Shown in pieces: positions 36,907 through 45,135 of a DNA stretch of 64,000 nt. The translations under genes were made by a program, and so were the position numbers. Below the pieces are notes generated by a model. It was not told the DNA's origin. It saw nothing but the letters and a program-made list of their open reading frames with translations, and did no database searches. The DNA comes from a virus: the IMG/VR virus record IMGVR_UViG_3300030061_003170; one strand, 5' to 3'. How positions within the stretch are numbered: the first letter of the stretch is position 1; every line of letters starts with the position of its first letter.

Positions 36907-37079
36907 ACTACCTCCAAATAACGGCTATCTACGCCCAGTATGTCTCCGGTCACGAAGTAGAAAACACCCCAGTCAAACGGGGTTCCAATGTCTGTATAGA
37001 ACCCATTAGTGACAATCATCCCGATTGCTTGATTGTTATTACCTAATGAACGGTCAATAACTAAATCTCCTACTTGCAT
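36903..37079 (-). CDS. SH3/KOW-like mini-protein (58 aa, not in track)
   Basis: MQVGDLVIDRSLG..IGMIV..YLEVV*. Confidence 0.7.
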   Translation of the reverse strand: MQVGDLVIDRSLGNNNQAIGMIVTNGFYTDIGTPFDWGVFYFVTGDILGVDSRYLEVV

Positions 37080-37255
37080 ATTACCTCCAGATCACCTGTG
37101 TGTTCCCATGCCCTCAGTGATGCCACACCCAGTCCGTTAGGACAGAACCAATGGACCAAAACGCATCCGTTGTCTCTTTGTCCTTGTTCTAGGATAATAC
37201 CAATGCTGTACCCTCTCCCGCTAGGGCTTATCTGTACTAAATCACCTACTTGCAT
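37070..37255 (-). CDS. SH3/KOW-like mini-protein
   Basis: MQVGDLVQI..IGIILE..VHWF..DLEVICK*. Confidence 0.7.
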   Translation of the reverse strand: MQVGDLVQISPSGRGYSIGIILEQGQRDNGCVLVHWFCPNGLGVASLRAWEHTGDLEVICK

Positions 37256-37422
37256 ATTACCTCCAAGTCATTGGGTTGTTTCCAGTGTTTCATTCCGTTG
37301 CTGTACTGGACAAGGATGGGTGCGCCACCGACACGAGTGTTATCAATCACTATTCCAACCCAGTCTATCTTCATACCATCTGGGTATTCCTTCCTGTATC
37401 TTACCAGACTTCCTACTTCCAT
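37246..37422 (-). CDS. SH3/KOW-like mini-protein (58 aa, not in track)
   Basis: MEVGSLVRY..VGIVID..VQYSNG..DLEVICK*. Confidence 0.7.
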   Translation of the reverse strand: MEVGSLVRYRKEYPDGMKIDWVGIVIDNTRVGGAPILVQYSNGMKHWKQPNDLEVICK

Positions 37423-37482
37423 TATTGTCTCCGTTCTTGTTGGTTACATAGGTAATGTATCACGGTAGGAGTATTTGTCAAG

Positions 37483-37719
37483 TCAAAAGGCAAAGTTTTT
37501 TTCTTTTTTTTCAATGACCTCGAAGTCTTCGGCTTCCTCTTCCCATTGTTCTCCGTTGCACCACTGAATGAGATACTGACGGATGCCGATGAGAGAACAA
37601 TCACTTCCGTCATCCTCGGCAGGGTCGCGATAGTCCATCACAATGCCGATAAGTTTAGTGTTAGGGGTCCAGACCTCTCTTAGTTTTACTAGGTCGCCAA
37701 TCTCAATGTTATCCATCAA
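37483..37719 (-). CDS. SH3/KOW-like mini-protein
   Basis: IEIGDLVKL..IGIVMD..IQWCNG..DFEVI. Confidence 0.7.
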   Translation of the reverse strand: MMDNIEIGDLVKLREVWTPNTKLIGIVMDYRDPAEDDGSDCSLIGIRQYLIQWCNGEQWEEEAEDFEVIEKKEKNFAF

Positions 37720-37897
37720 TCACCTCCACATTCTTTTGTCGAACAAAACCCATTGAATGGTCGTTCCAGTAGATTTTGCACATTTGATACCTCTTTTCTG
37801 CCCAGTTCTGACCGAGCGTTTCAGTCCACATTTTTACTACGACACCTATCATTTCGGGACGGCCAGCCCTGTATTTTACTAAATCTCCTACTTGCAT
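37709..37897 (-). CDS. SH3/KOW-like mini-protein
   Basis: MQVGDLVKY..IGVVVK..IYWND..NVEVIDG*. Confidence 0.7.
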   Translation of the reverse strand: MQVGDLVKYRAGRPEMIGVVVKMWTETLGQNWAEKRYQMCKIYWNDHSMGFVRQKNVEVIDG

Positions 37898-38106
37898 AAT
37901 AACTCCAGCCATTCAGGTTCGTAGTGACATTCATTGCCGTTAGCCCATTGCACATTGACATACTCGTGGTCGCGGACACCATTGGGATGGTTCACTTGTC
38001 GCCCCCATTTCTTGGTCACGATACCGATGAGTTTTAGACCATCCTTGCCCTTGATGTACCCAGCCGATGAGGGCAGCATCACTAAATCTCCGACTTCTAT
38101 CTTCAT
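37888..38106 (-). CDS. SH3/KOW-like mini-protein
   Basis: IEVGDLVML..IGIVTK..VQWANG..WLELLCK*. Confidence 0.7.
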   Translation of the reverse strand: MKIEVGDLVMLPSSAGYIKGKDGLKLIGIVTKKWGRQVNHPNGVRDHEYVNVQWANGNECHYEPEWLELLCK

Positions 38107-38111
38107 TGTGT

Positions 38112-38378
38112 CTATCTCCATGTTTCACCTGTGCTAATGTTGGTTAGTGGAAAACCACCAGAGTTATGTTGTCTCCAACCACCGACGTGCTTAGGGCTGA
38201 GATAGATGTGTCTCGTATGGAAGTCGCTCACGTCTGGGTGTGGGGTAGGTATGTACAAGACCACGATAGCAAAGTCGGGCATCTGTGCCGTCAGTATCTC
38301 TTGCACAATACCAAACTCTTCCTCTGGTCCAAATGTGCATAGGTCAGAGACAGTAAATGGGATTGAATAATCAGTCAT
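38112..38378 (-). CDS. hypothetical early protein, possibly divergent SH3-like
   Basis: Promoter repeat + GGAG; FTVSDLCTF..FGIVQEI. Confidence 0.55.
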   Translation of the reverse strand: MTDYSIPFTVSDLCTFGPEEEFGIVQEILTAQMPDFAIVVLYIPTPHPDVSDFHTRHIYLSPKHVGGWRQHNSGGFPLTNISTGETWR

Positions 38379-38441
38379 TGTTTCTCCGTTGTTGGTTACA
38401 TTCATAATGTATCACGGTTGAAAGATTTGTCAAGGATTTTC

Positions 38442-38651
38442 TCAAACTTTTTTTATCTCGTACCTCTTCATCCTGAGTGTATCACCACTGGAGTACAATC
38501 CGACAATATTGAACCAGCGAATGTTTATTGGGTATTTCACCTCTGGTCGTTCACTGATTTCAACGATAACCCCCATCTTCCCACGAACTAAGTCGTTGCC
38601 TTTGTTCTTGTTGCCGGCTGCCGATAGTGTTACTAAATCGCCTACTTGCAT
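38442..38651 (-). CDS. SH3/KOW-like mini-protein
   Basis: MQVGDLVTL..MGVIVEI..IRWF..EIKKV*. Confidence 0.7.
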   Translation of the reverse strand: MQVGDLVTLSAAGNKNKGNDLVRGKMGVIVEISERPEVKYPINIRWFNIVGLYSSGDTLRMKRYEIKKV

Positions 38652-38794
38652 ATTACCTCCACGTTTCGCACCAGTACCCAAAATACAACACCATCACTCC
38701 AGCGCACCCCAACTCTATTGCCCAGCAGGCCAGTCTCTGTGATGATACCTATTCTGTTCATAATCTTATCCCTGACCAGTGATCCTATTTCCAT
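38642..38794 (-). CDS. SH3/KOW-like mini-protein (50 aa, not in track)
   Basis: MEIGSLVRD..IGIITE..VRWSDG..NVEVICK*. Confidence 0.7.
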   Translation of the reverse strand: MEIGSLVRDKIMNRIGIITETGLLGNRVGVRWSDGVVFWVLVRNVEVICK

Positions 38795-38803
38795 GCAGAC
38801 CTC

Positions 38804-39562
38804 CTACTTTACGAGTTTTATGTCACTTTCACAGACCCAAGTCTCATCAGATTGACCTGCACTAAATGCCACAATCTTGTACAGACGGGTGCTGCCTTTA
38901 GATTTGTGCATCTGGCGGCAGGCAAACGTAGCGTTTAGAACCTCGGCAACTAGGGCTGTCTTGTAAGGCTTTGCAACTTTACGGTCTTGATAGCCGTGCA
39001 GACCGTTACGAAACTCATCGTGACTGTAACTGATAATGCGCCAAGACGAGAATGTGGGAGCAGTTCCTCGTATGGACACTAGGTCACCTACCCCATACAG
39101 GGGGGTAGAGTTGAAGCAGGCCCACAGTTTATCACGCAGTTTGCTACCCTCCAATCTCTCAAGGCGCGGCATGTGGAGATCAATGTCATGACCTTTACGA
39201 TACATCCCTAACTGCCGTCGTAACTCCACCGCGCAGTTTCTGTACCATTGAATGTGGCCCTCGTTTGGGACACTACGTCGCGACACATAGAACAAGGTCA
39301 AAAAGTCAATCCATTTGAGAAACTGCTCGTCTTTAGCATCCCACAATGCTTGCCATTCGTTACGCTTTCTTACCTGCTCCTCGTACATTTCAACAGGGAA
39401 TGCTTCGATTTGCTCCTGACACCATTCAATCTGCCGAGAACTGATTTGTCCTTTCTCAAGGTACTGGTCAGCGATGCTTCGTAAAACGTGCGCCTTACTT
39501 GCTTTGCCAAGGCCCTCGCAAATGTCAGCAGTTTTTCTGATTTGTCCGATTGTGATAGTCAT
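38804..39562 (-). CDS. hypothetical protein with C-terminal SH3/KOW-like domain
   Basis: YGVGDLVSIR..ALVAEV..ESDIKLVK. Confidence 0.65.
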   Translation of the reverse strand: MTITIGQIRKTADICEGLGKASKAHVLRSIADQYLEKGQISSRQIEWCQEQIEAFPVEMYEEQVRKRNEWQALWDAKDEQFLKWIDFLTLFYVSRRSVPNEGHIQWYRNCAVELRRQLGMYRKGHDIDLHMPRLERLEGSKLRDKLWACFNSTPLYGVGDLVSIRGTAPTFSSWRIISYSHDEFRNGLHGYQDRKVAKPYKTALVAEVLNATFACRQMHKSKGSTRLYKIVAFSAGQSDETWVCESDIKLVK

Positions 39563-39636
39563 TTGACCTCCATCTTTCTTGGTTGTGTTTGTAATGTATC
39601 ACGCTGCTGACATTTGTCAAGGAAAAAGATAAAGTT

Positions 39637-39858
39637 TTAGAGAAAATCTTTGTGGAATGCGAGCAGAACGCTGTCAGGATCACGGAATGACCACATCCCT
39701 AACACGATTGTGTCGCCTGTGCGGTTGCACTTTATCTCAAAGTTATCGCCAATGACGACATTGTAGGTGAAGTTATCAGGACAATGATCGTAGATGTGAT
39801 TGAGTATGTCTATGGCTTCCTCAGTGGTTGCTCGGTATGGTTTTAGTTTACTAGTCAT
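39637..39858 (-). CDS. hypothetical protein
   Basis: GAGGAG RBS, MTSKL. Confidence 0.55.
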   Translation of the reverse strand: MTSKLKPYRATTEEAIDILNHIYDHCPDNFTYNVVIGDNFEIKCNRTGDTIVLGMWSFRDPDSVLLAFHKDFL

Positions 39859-40084
39859 TTGTACTCTCCTCGTTGTTAGTGGTTTCAGGGCGACCAAACC
39901 CTATTGGTGTTCTATCTTCTTTGTTTGGTTTTTTTGATGGTGGTGGACCAGCCAAGGCTCCAAGCATCGCTGCTGGTATTCCCATCGGTGCTGGTTGATT
40001 GAGGGTAACCATCATACCCATTACTTTCTTTAGCAGGTCATCACTTAGATTGATGCTAATGTTGATTTCGTTATTTGCTTCCAT
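39851..40084 (-). CDS. hypothetical protein
   Basis: GGAGG RBS, MEANN; C-terminal RTPIGF. Confidence 0.55.
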   Translation of the reverse strand: MEANNEINISINLSDDLLKKVMGMMVTLNQPAPMGIPAAMLGALAGPPPSKKPNKEDRTPIGFGRPETTNNEESTND

Positions 40085-40316
40085 TGTTTCCTCCGTCCTC
40101 TGGTTGTTTGGGCATAGTACAGAGACCATTCTGTACCATACTTGCTGCTGCTCGGCCATAGAAACCCTGTAGTTTCCAAGCATGCTCAGTGTCGATTAGC
40201 CACTGCCACGTTGCAATGTACTTGTCCTCCTCTACTTCCACCTCACCCTCAGCAATCTGCACTGCTTCAGTTAGTGTGAGGTTGTAAGGGTTTTTGATTT
40301 TCTTTTTCTTACCCAT
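40071..40316 (-). CDS. hypothetical phage protein
   Basis: WQWLIDTEHAWKLQGFYGRAA. Confidence 0.65.
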   Translation of the reverse strand: MGKKKKIKNPYNLTLTEAVQIAEGEVEVEEDKYIATWQWLIDTEHAWKLQGFYGRAAASMVQNGLCTMPKQPEDGGNNGSK

Positions 40317-40379
40317 CGTATCTCCTGTGTTCGGGGGGGTACTAGTAATGTATCACGTCTCAAAGATTTGTCAAGTATT

Positions 40380-40619
40380 TTAGGAAACTTTTCTTAGCCA
40401 ACTGTAATGTATGTCGCGTGTCTCACCATTGAGCAGAATGACCACATCATTATCGCGACAGTTATCAGGTGCTTCCACAACATACCCGACCACAAACATC
40501 GGCATATCAGAGCCAAAAAACAAAGTAGTCTTTACGATTACAAGATCGCCTGTTTGGGGCACTATCCCGTAGTCAAATCTGTAAGGTGTTGCGTTTTCGT
40601 AGTGAGCGAATGAAGCCAT
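40380..40619 (-). CDS. SH3/KOW-like mini-protein
   Basis: PQTGDLVIV..VGYVVE..WLRKVS*. Confidence 0.65.
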   Translation of the reverse strand: MASFAHYENATPYRFDYGIVPQTGDLVIVKTTLFFGSDMPMFVVGYVVEAPDNCRDNDVVILLNGETRDIHYSWLRKVS

Positions 40620-40673
40620 GTTTTCCTCCTTGGTGTTAGTAATGTAACACGCTGCTTATGTTTGTCAAGTATT

Positions 40674-40826
40674 TTAGGAAACTTTTATCAAAGACCTCGG
40701 AGAACACAGACACACACCACCATCAACAAACTCTACCACGTAAAATGGATAGTTGTCTTTTGCTAACCTTGTTATGACACCAAATCTCCTATCCTCGGAG
40801 TGCATCACTAAATCACCTATTTTCAT
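40674..40826 (-). CDS. SH3/KOW-like mini-protein (50 aa, not in track)
   Basis: MKIGDLVMH..FGVITR..VEFVDG..SLIKVS*. Confidence 0.7.
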   Translation of the reverse strand: MKIGDLVMHSEDRRFGVITRLAKDNYPFYVVEFVDGGVCLCSPRSLIKVS

Positions 40827-40984
40827 AATACATCCAGTTCTCTCTCATCAAAAACTCTCTTTTCCCCATTTATCATAAGGGTTACCAACCTAGGGTACAT
40901 AGGATAATCCCAACCCAACACTGTACCGACATGAACTTTAGATCCAGAGAGACCCTTTACTATAACTAAATCACCTATTTTCAT
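40823..40984 (-). CDS. SH3/KOW-like mini-protein
   Basis: MKIGDLVIV..VGTVLG..ELDVL*. Confidence 0.7.
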   Translation of the reverse strand: MKIGDLVIVKGLSGSKVHVGTVLGWDYPMYPRLVTLMINGEKRVFDERELDVL

Positions 40985-41175
40985 AATACATCCAAAACAC
41001 GGAATGGAACCCAACCGGCTCTCATTTTTTGAAACCAGTGGACCCTAATGATTGGTGCTTTCTTGCCCCGTACCTCCAGCACCACACCAAGAGATTTTCC
41101 TTTTATCGGTTCCCCGGTGACTGTACAGAAAGTTCTGGATCGTCTATTGTATTTTACCAAATCACCTATTTTCAT
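40981..41175 (-). CDS. SH3/KOW-like mini-protein
   Basis: MKIGDLVKY..LGVVLEV..VHWF..VLDVL*. Confidence 0.7.
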   Translation of the reverse strand: MKIGDLVKYNRRSRTFCTVTGEPIKGKSLGVVLEVRGKKAPIIRVHWFQKMRAGWVPFRVLDVL

Positions 41176-41336
41176 AATACCTCCAGTAAAGCAGCAACCC
41201 ACCATTCACGCTCACCAGCAAACTGGCCACCTGTCCATTGGACATAGATCATGTCATCATCTTTTCCATTACCAATCTGCACAACTAGACCAATCTCTCG
41301 CTTACAGGGTAGGCACACTATATCTCCTATCTGCAT
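41172..41336 (-). CDS. SH3/KOW-like mini-protein (54 aa, not in track)
   Basis: MQIGDIVCL..IGLVVQI..VQWTGG..LLEVL*. Confidence 0.7.
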   Translation of the reverse strand: MQIGDIVCLPCKREIGLVVQIGNGKDDDMIYVQWTGGQFAGEREWWVAALLEVL

Positions 41337-41482
41337 AATAACTCCACTTCATCACCATAGATTAGTTCATATTCGCCATTACCAAGAAATATGGTGGCCA
41401 TATCAGAGATCAGACCAAACACTTCTGTGACAACACCGATGCGGCCATCGTATGTGTATCGTACTAAATCGCCTACTTTCAT
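41327..41482 (-). CDS. SH3/KOW-like mini-protein (51 aa, not in track)
   Basis: MKVGDLVRY..IGVVTEV..EVELLCR*. Confidence 0.7.
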   Translation of the reverse strand: MKVGDLVRYTYDGRIGVVTEVFGLISDMATIFLGNGEYELIYGDEVELLCR

Positions 41483-41649
41483 GCCAACACCTTACACTGG
41501 ATGGGGGTCAATATAATCTCTGCACCGTTTGCAAGTATTACTGTGTGTTGTGCTACAAACCCCGGTCTCTTTTCAATCTTCACGATAGTACCGAACTTCC
41601 CATTGCAACGTCCGTGGAATAGAACCCTTATCAAATCGCCTATTTGCAT
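41479..41649 (-). CDS. SH3/KOW-like mini-protein (56 aa, not in track)
   Basis: MQIGDLIRV..GKFGTIVKI..QCKVLA*. Confidence 0.7.
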   Translation of the reverse strand: MQIGDLIRVLFHGRCNGKFGTIVKIEKRPGFVAQHTVILANGAEIILTPIQCKVLA

Positions 41650-41725
41650 TGTGTCTCCGTTCTTATTGGTTACATAGGTAATGTATCACGGTGGAAGTAT
41701 TTGTCAAGGAAAAAGACAAACTTTT

Positions 41726-41911
41726 TTATATTTTTCTCAAATCCTCAGCATCATAAAAGTATTGAAACCCAAACCATCGGGGCCAATACACTTTGACTGA
41801 CTTCGTTGTTCTACTGATTTCCACGACGATACCCAAGGAACGCTCGCCTTTCGGTTCATCAATGTAAATGTGTGGGTCGCAATGCGTAACTAGATCGCCA
41901 ACTTCGAACAT
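41726..41911 (-). CDS. SH3/KOW-like mini-protein
   Basis: MFEVGDLVTH..LGIVVEI..VYWP..DLRKI*. Confidence 0.7.
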   Translation of the reverse strand: MFEVGDLVTHCDPHIYIDEPKGERSLGIVVEISRTTKSVKVYWPRWFGFQYFYDAEDLRKI

Positions 41912-42072
41912 TATAGTTTCTCCAAACTGCGATAATCAACATAGAACTTTCGAGAATGGTCAGCAGACTTGACATAATAACTGTCCTCGTAAATGTCGCA
42001 CTGGCCAGTAATGATACCAATGAGCCAGCCATAATGCTTTGATTGCCATCTAACTAAATCACCTACTTGCAT
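41911..42072 (-). CDS. SH3/KOW-like mini-protein
   Basis: MQVGDLVRW..IGIITG..SLEKL*. Confidence 0.7.
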   Translation of the reverse strand: MQVGDLVRWQSKHYGWLIGIITGQCDIYEDSYYVKSADHSRKFYVDYRSLEKL

Positions 42073-42242
42073 ACTAACTCCAGATCGTAATAAGGGAACC
42101 AGTCCCATTGTTTCTCAGTGTTTGCGAAAAAAACAAGAAAGGAGTTAGGCAACTGCTTTTTGTTGCGACACTTAGTAATGATCCCAACTTGGTTTGTTCT
42201 CGTGAATAAGTTTGTGACTTTCACTAAGTCTCCTACTTGCAT
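42063..42242 (-). CDS. SH3/KOW-like mini-protein (59 aa, not in track)
   Basis: MQVGDLVKV..VGIITK..DLELVCK*. Confidence 0.7.
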   Translation of the reverse strand: MQVGDLVKVTNLFTRTNQVGIITKCRNKKQLPNSFLVFFANTEKQWDWFPYYDLELVCK

Positions 42243-42319
42243 CTTGTTCTCCTTTCTTCGTCTTGTGTAAGTAATGTATCACGAACAAAAGATTTGTCAA
42301 GGAAAAAAGATAAAGTTTT

Positions 42320-42487
42320 TTAGAGTGTCTCACACCAATCCTCAGGGACAGTGTAAATCTTCCCATCCTGTGGGCAGTAGACTTGCAAGAAGAATGGGCT
42401 AACGTGCATAACCAAAGCGATGAAAGAGAAGTCTGGTGCTTCATCCGGGGTGTCAACATGCACTTTGATAAGGTCACCTGCTGTCAT
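42320..42487 (-). CDS. SH3/KOW-like mini-protein (55 aa, not in track)
   Basis: MTAGDLIKV..IALVMHV..WCETL*. Confidence 0.6.
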   Translation of the reverse strand: MTAGDLIKVHVDTPDEAPDFSFIALVMHVSPFFLQVYCPQDGKIYTVPEDWCETL

Positions 42488-42665
42488 TGATCACTTCTAA
42501 GTCAACAGATGGCCATCGGTTCCTTGTACCATCACCCTTTGCAACCTCAACAATGTAAACTTTATCGTAGATACCGGGACATAGTCTACTTTCAGTCCGC
42601 TGAAGTGACATAATATGTCCAAACCAGTGCTGTCGTTTGTGTCTTACTAGGTCACCGACTTTCAT
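42474..42665 (-). CDS. SH3/KOW-like mini-protein
   Basis: MKVGDLVRH..FGHIMS..DLEVI. Confidence 0.7.
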   Translation of the reverse strand: MKVGDLVRHKRQHWFGHIMSLQRTESRLCPGIYDKVYIVEVAKGDGTRNRWPSVDLEVINDSR

Positions 42666-43584
42666 TGCTCTGCTCCGGATCTTCGTAACGTGCAGCCCAT
42701 CCATCAATCAGATCAGACAGACCGTTCTTTTTTATCCACTCAAGGTTTCTTTTCTTAGACAGCCAATCAAAGGCATCTTGTCTCGCCTGTTGTACCCACC
42801 CCTCATCTAGGGGAGTAGGAGACGGAGAGATGACCTGTGAAATGTATGGCTTTCGAGATGGAGTGTACCTTACATCTGCATCTACTTTAGGTAATACACC
42901 CTTATGTAGTTCAATCTGGACCTTGCCACGGAAGCCGTCTGGTGTGATGAATGATACTTCAATCGGTGTCCTAAGTTCCCAAGACAGTGCTCTATTGTTG
43001 GCCAAAGCCCAGTCCGATGTTACACTGACCTTTTCCCAGTTTACGTCAGTTACCGTGCAAATACCATAAGAGTCTTGCACATATTCTCCGCTTGAATAAT
43101 GATACTTATGTACTTTAGGTTCGATCAAAGCCCCAACATCAATACCATGCTCAGAAACAAGCAGGTCATAGACATACTTTCGGATGGCTTGGTTCGCTCT
43201 GTTTGCTTTCTCACGAAACACTAACAACTCTGCACAGGTTCTACGAGTGTGTCCGGTTTCTCCGCAAAACCCACACTTGCGTTCAGCCTTGGCCCTACGG
43301 GGAGTACTCTCTCTTTCTTGTGCTCTCTTTTGTTTGTGACTAGCAATCATAGTTGCCTGATACCACTCACCCCAAAACCTTGGGTACTTGAACGGGTGCA
43401 TCCTGTGATAGGGCGATTGGGCAGTATGAACCCAGCAATCAGGATCTTTGAGAGGAACTTCCATTCTCTGCCAAGATGCCCAGTCCGGAGCAACGTGTGG
43501 GCACTTTGTGACATTATGCCCCGGCTGTCTACAATAACTGCAAGAGTTAGGTGAGCGTTTATCCTTTTGATCGTAAATCTGCAT
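42652..43584 (-). CDS. double CCHC zinc-knuckle protein
   Basis: CSYCRQPGHNVTKC and CGFCGETGHTRRTC. Confidence 0.75.
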   Translation of the reverse strand: MQIYDQKDKRSPNSCSYCRQPGHNVTKCPHVAPDWASWQRMEVPLKDPDCWVHTAQSPYHRMHPFKYPRFWGEWYQATMIASHKQKRAQERESTPRRAKAERKCGFCGETGHTRRTCAELLVFREKANRANQAIRKYVYDLLVSEHGIDVGALIEPKVHKYHYSSGEYVQDSYGICTVTDVNWEKVSVTSDWALANNRALSWELRTPIEVSFITPDGFRGKVQIELHKGVLPKVDADVRYTPSRKPYISQVISPSPTPLDEGWVQQARQDAFDWLSKKRNLEWIKKNGLSDLIDGWAARYEDPEQSNESR

Positions 43585-43664
43585 TATGCCCTCCAAGGCT
43601 ATGCGGTTGTTGGTTACATAGATAATGTATCACGGTAGTAGGATTTGTCAAGTAAAAAGGGAAA

Positions 43665-43964
43665 CTATTTTTTCTTTTCTTTGAACATAATGTCTAGTAG
43701 TCCGTATGGAACGTTGTAGTAGATACATCGCCAGCCCATAAATCTAACTGGTAGATCAGCACCCTCTTTGTATGATGATGGTACAATCTTCCTATAGCCG
43801 GCTGGACCCTCTGGTAATGTGTCCGATCCCTCCGCATAAACACACAGTGCCCCATCTTTTTGCTTTATCTCAAACGCGCCATCGGTCTGGTCGAGTATGT
43901 GTTTTGTCATTGCACGATGCGCTTCTTCCCAAGGTTCTTTTTTACTGAATGCTAGATTGGCCAT
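43665..43964 (-). CDS. hypothetical protein
   Basis: AGGAGG RBS. Confidence 0.6.
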   Translation of the reverse strand: MANLAFSKKEPWEEAHRAMTKHILDQTDGAFEIKQKDGALCVYAEGSDTLPEGPAGYRKIVPSSYKEGADLPVRFMGWRCIYYNVPYGLLDIMFKEKKK

Positions 43965-43977
43965 TGGCCCTCCTGTG

Positions 43978-44163
43978 TTAGTCCCTGTATCCAGGGGAGT
44001 AAGGTATTAGTTCATAAGCATATTCCAAGACATGCTCGTCTACTTTAGCGTAAAACACGAGATAGATAAGGCCATCAAAGTCATTATCATCAACCATAAC
44101 TTCGGTAACTAAACCAATGCCTAGGTCAGGATCAATAACAAGGTCTCCTATCTCAAACTCCAC
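43978..44163 (-). CDS. SH3/KOW-like mini-protein
   Basis: FEIGDLVID..IGLVTEV..YLVFY. Confidence 0.65.
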   Translation of the reverse strand: MEFEIGDLVIDPDLGIGLVTEVMVDDNDFDGLIYLVFYAKVDEHVLEYAYELIPYSPGYRD

Positions 44164-44164
44164 A

Positions 44165-44392
44165 TCAGCCCTCCGCGATTAGAACTCCGCTCTCGCGTGC
44201 GCCCTCTATCAAAAGCAGGATTGCGTGCCAAGCACTCTCTTGTTGGTCCTTTGGTAGTGTCTCAATCATCTGCATACTAGTAACTAGTAAGTGGGTGAGA
44301 GTAAATCTTTCGCCCATCTCTTTCATTTCTTTCTCAATACCTGTAAGTCTTGTCTCGTTCAACACTTTGTACTCCTTTTTTATTTGTGTCAA
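44165..44392 (-). CDS. hypothetical protein (start uncertain)
   Basis: ORF directly behind promoter repeat. Confidence 0.5.
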   Translation of the reverse strand: MTQIKKEYKVLNETRLTGIEKEMKEMGERFTLTHLLVTSMQMIETLPKDQQESAWHAILLLIEGARESGVLIAEG

Positions 44393-44420
44393 TAATATTG
44401 TAACACGTTTGAAAAACTTG

Positions 44421-44591
44421 TCAAGCGATAACTGTTGTTTTCCAATACCTCAAATCAAAATCAGCGACCTTACCACCATCATACATAAACTTACAGAAAA
44501 GATCAGAGTGATAGGTTGAACCTAAGTAAACGCCAATCATCCGTAGTTGTTCGCATCTGGAAACTATCTGTACTAAATCACCTACCTGCAT
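44421..44591 (-). CDS. SH3/KOW-like mini-protein
   Basis: MQVGDLVQI..IGVYLG. Confidence 0.65.
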   Translation of the reverse strand: MQVGDLVQIVSRCEQLRMIGVYLGSTYHSDLFCKFMYDGGKVADFDLRYWKTTVIA

Positions 44592-44752
44592 ATTACCTCG
44601 CAATACTGTTTGGACCACCAACGAGTATCATTCTCGTTTGGTATCCAAACCTCAATGTGGTGAGATACTGATGGACCATCGGGCGAAACATAAATAACTA
44701 TTCCTATCGTACCGTTCGATTTGTGAAACACTAAAGAGCCAACACTAACCAT
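44582..44752 (-). CDS. SH3/KOW-like mini-protein (56 aa, not in track)
   Basis: MVSVGSLVFH..IGIVIYV..IEVW..YCEVICR*. Confidence 0.65.
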   Translation of the reverse strand: MVSVGSLVFHKSNGTIGIVIYVSPDGPSVSHHIEVWIPNENDTRWWSKQYCEVICR

Positions 44753-44949
44753 CACAAACGCTCCAGTTCTTCTTGTAGTGCTTCTAAAAGTTGTCCGTCT
44801 GAGGCTGTAACTTCATAAAACATAGCACCGTCCTCTAAATAGATTGCGCCTGTTACATGGCCAATACCCTCTCGCCAAGACCAGAAAGAACCAGAGCCAT
44901 CATAACCCATTAGTATCCTGTACTTCACCAGATCGCCTACACTAAACAC
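44752..44949 (-). CDS. SH3/KOW-like mini-protein
   Basis: FSVGDLVKY..IGHVTG..YEV..ELERL*. Confidence 0.65.
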   Translation of the reverse strand: MFSVGDLVKYRILMGYDGSGSFWSWREGIGHVTGAIYLEDGAMFYEVTASDGQLLEALQEELERL

Positions 44950-44958
44950 TTTTGCTCC

Positions 44959-45135
44959 CTATAGCACCTCAAGCACAACGTCTATGAATACTCTACAAAA
45001 CCCTTTCTTGAACCAAAAGACATCTGCTGTCCTGAATGGGTCAGAATATGTAACTACCATGCCGACACCCCAATCCTGTACAAACTCTGGCTCGTAAGTT
45101 TCACTACATAGGATTACAAGGTCGCCTACATTCAA
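44959..45135 (-). CDS. SH3/KOW-like mini-protein (58 aa, TTG start, not in track)
   Basis: AAGGAG + MNVGDLVIL..VGMVVT..VFWF..VLEVL*. Confidence 0.65.
   Translation of the reverse strand: MNVGDLVILCSETYEPEFVQDWGVGMVVTYSDPFRTADVFWFKKGFCRVFIDVVLEVL

Larger units (their letters stand above)
36091..44601 (-). repeat. conserved ~30-bp intergenic junction repeat (stop/RBS/start overlap), about 14 copies
   Basis: TGGAGGTARTATGCAAGTAGGYGATTTAGT and variants at about 36091, 36258, 36681, 36887, 37060, 37236, 37878, 38632, 40807, 40965, 41156, 41317, 42053, 44572. Confidence 0.88.
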
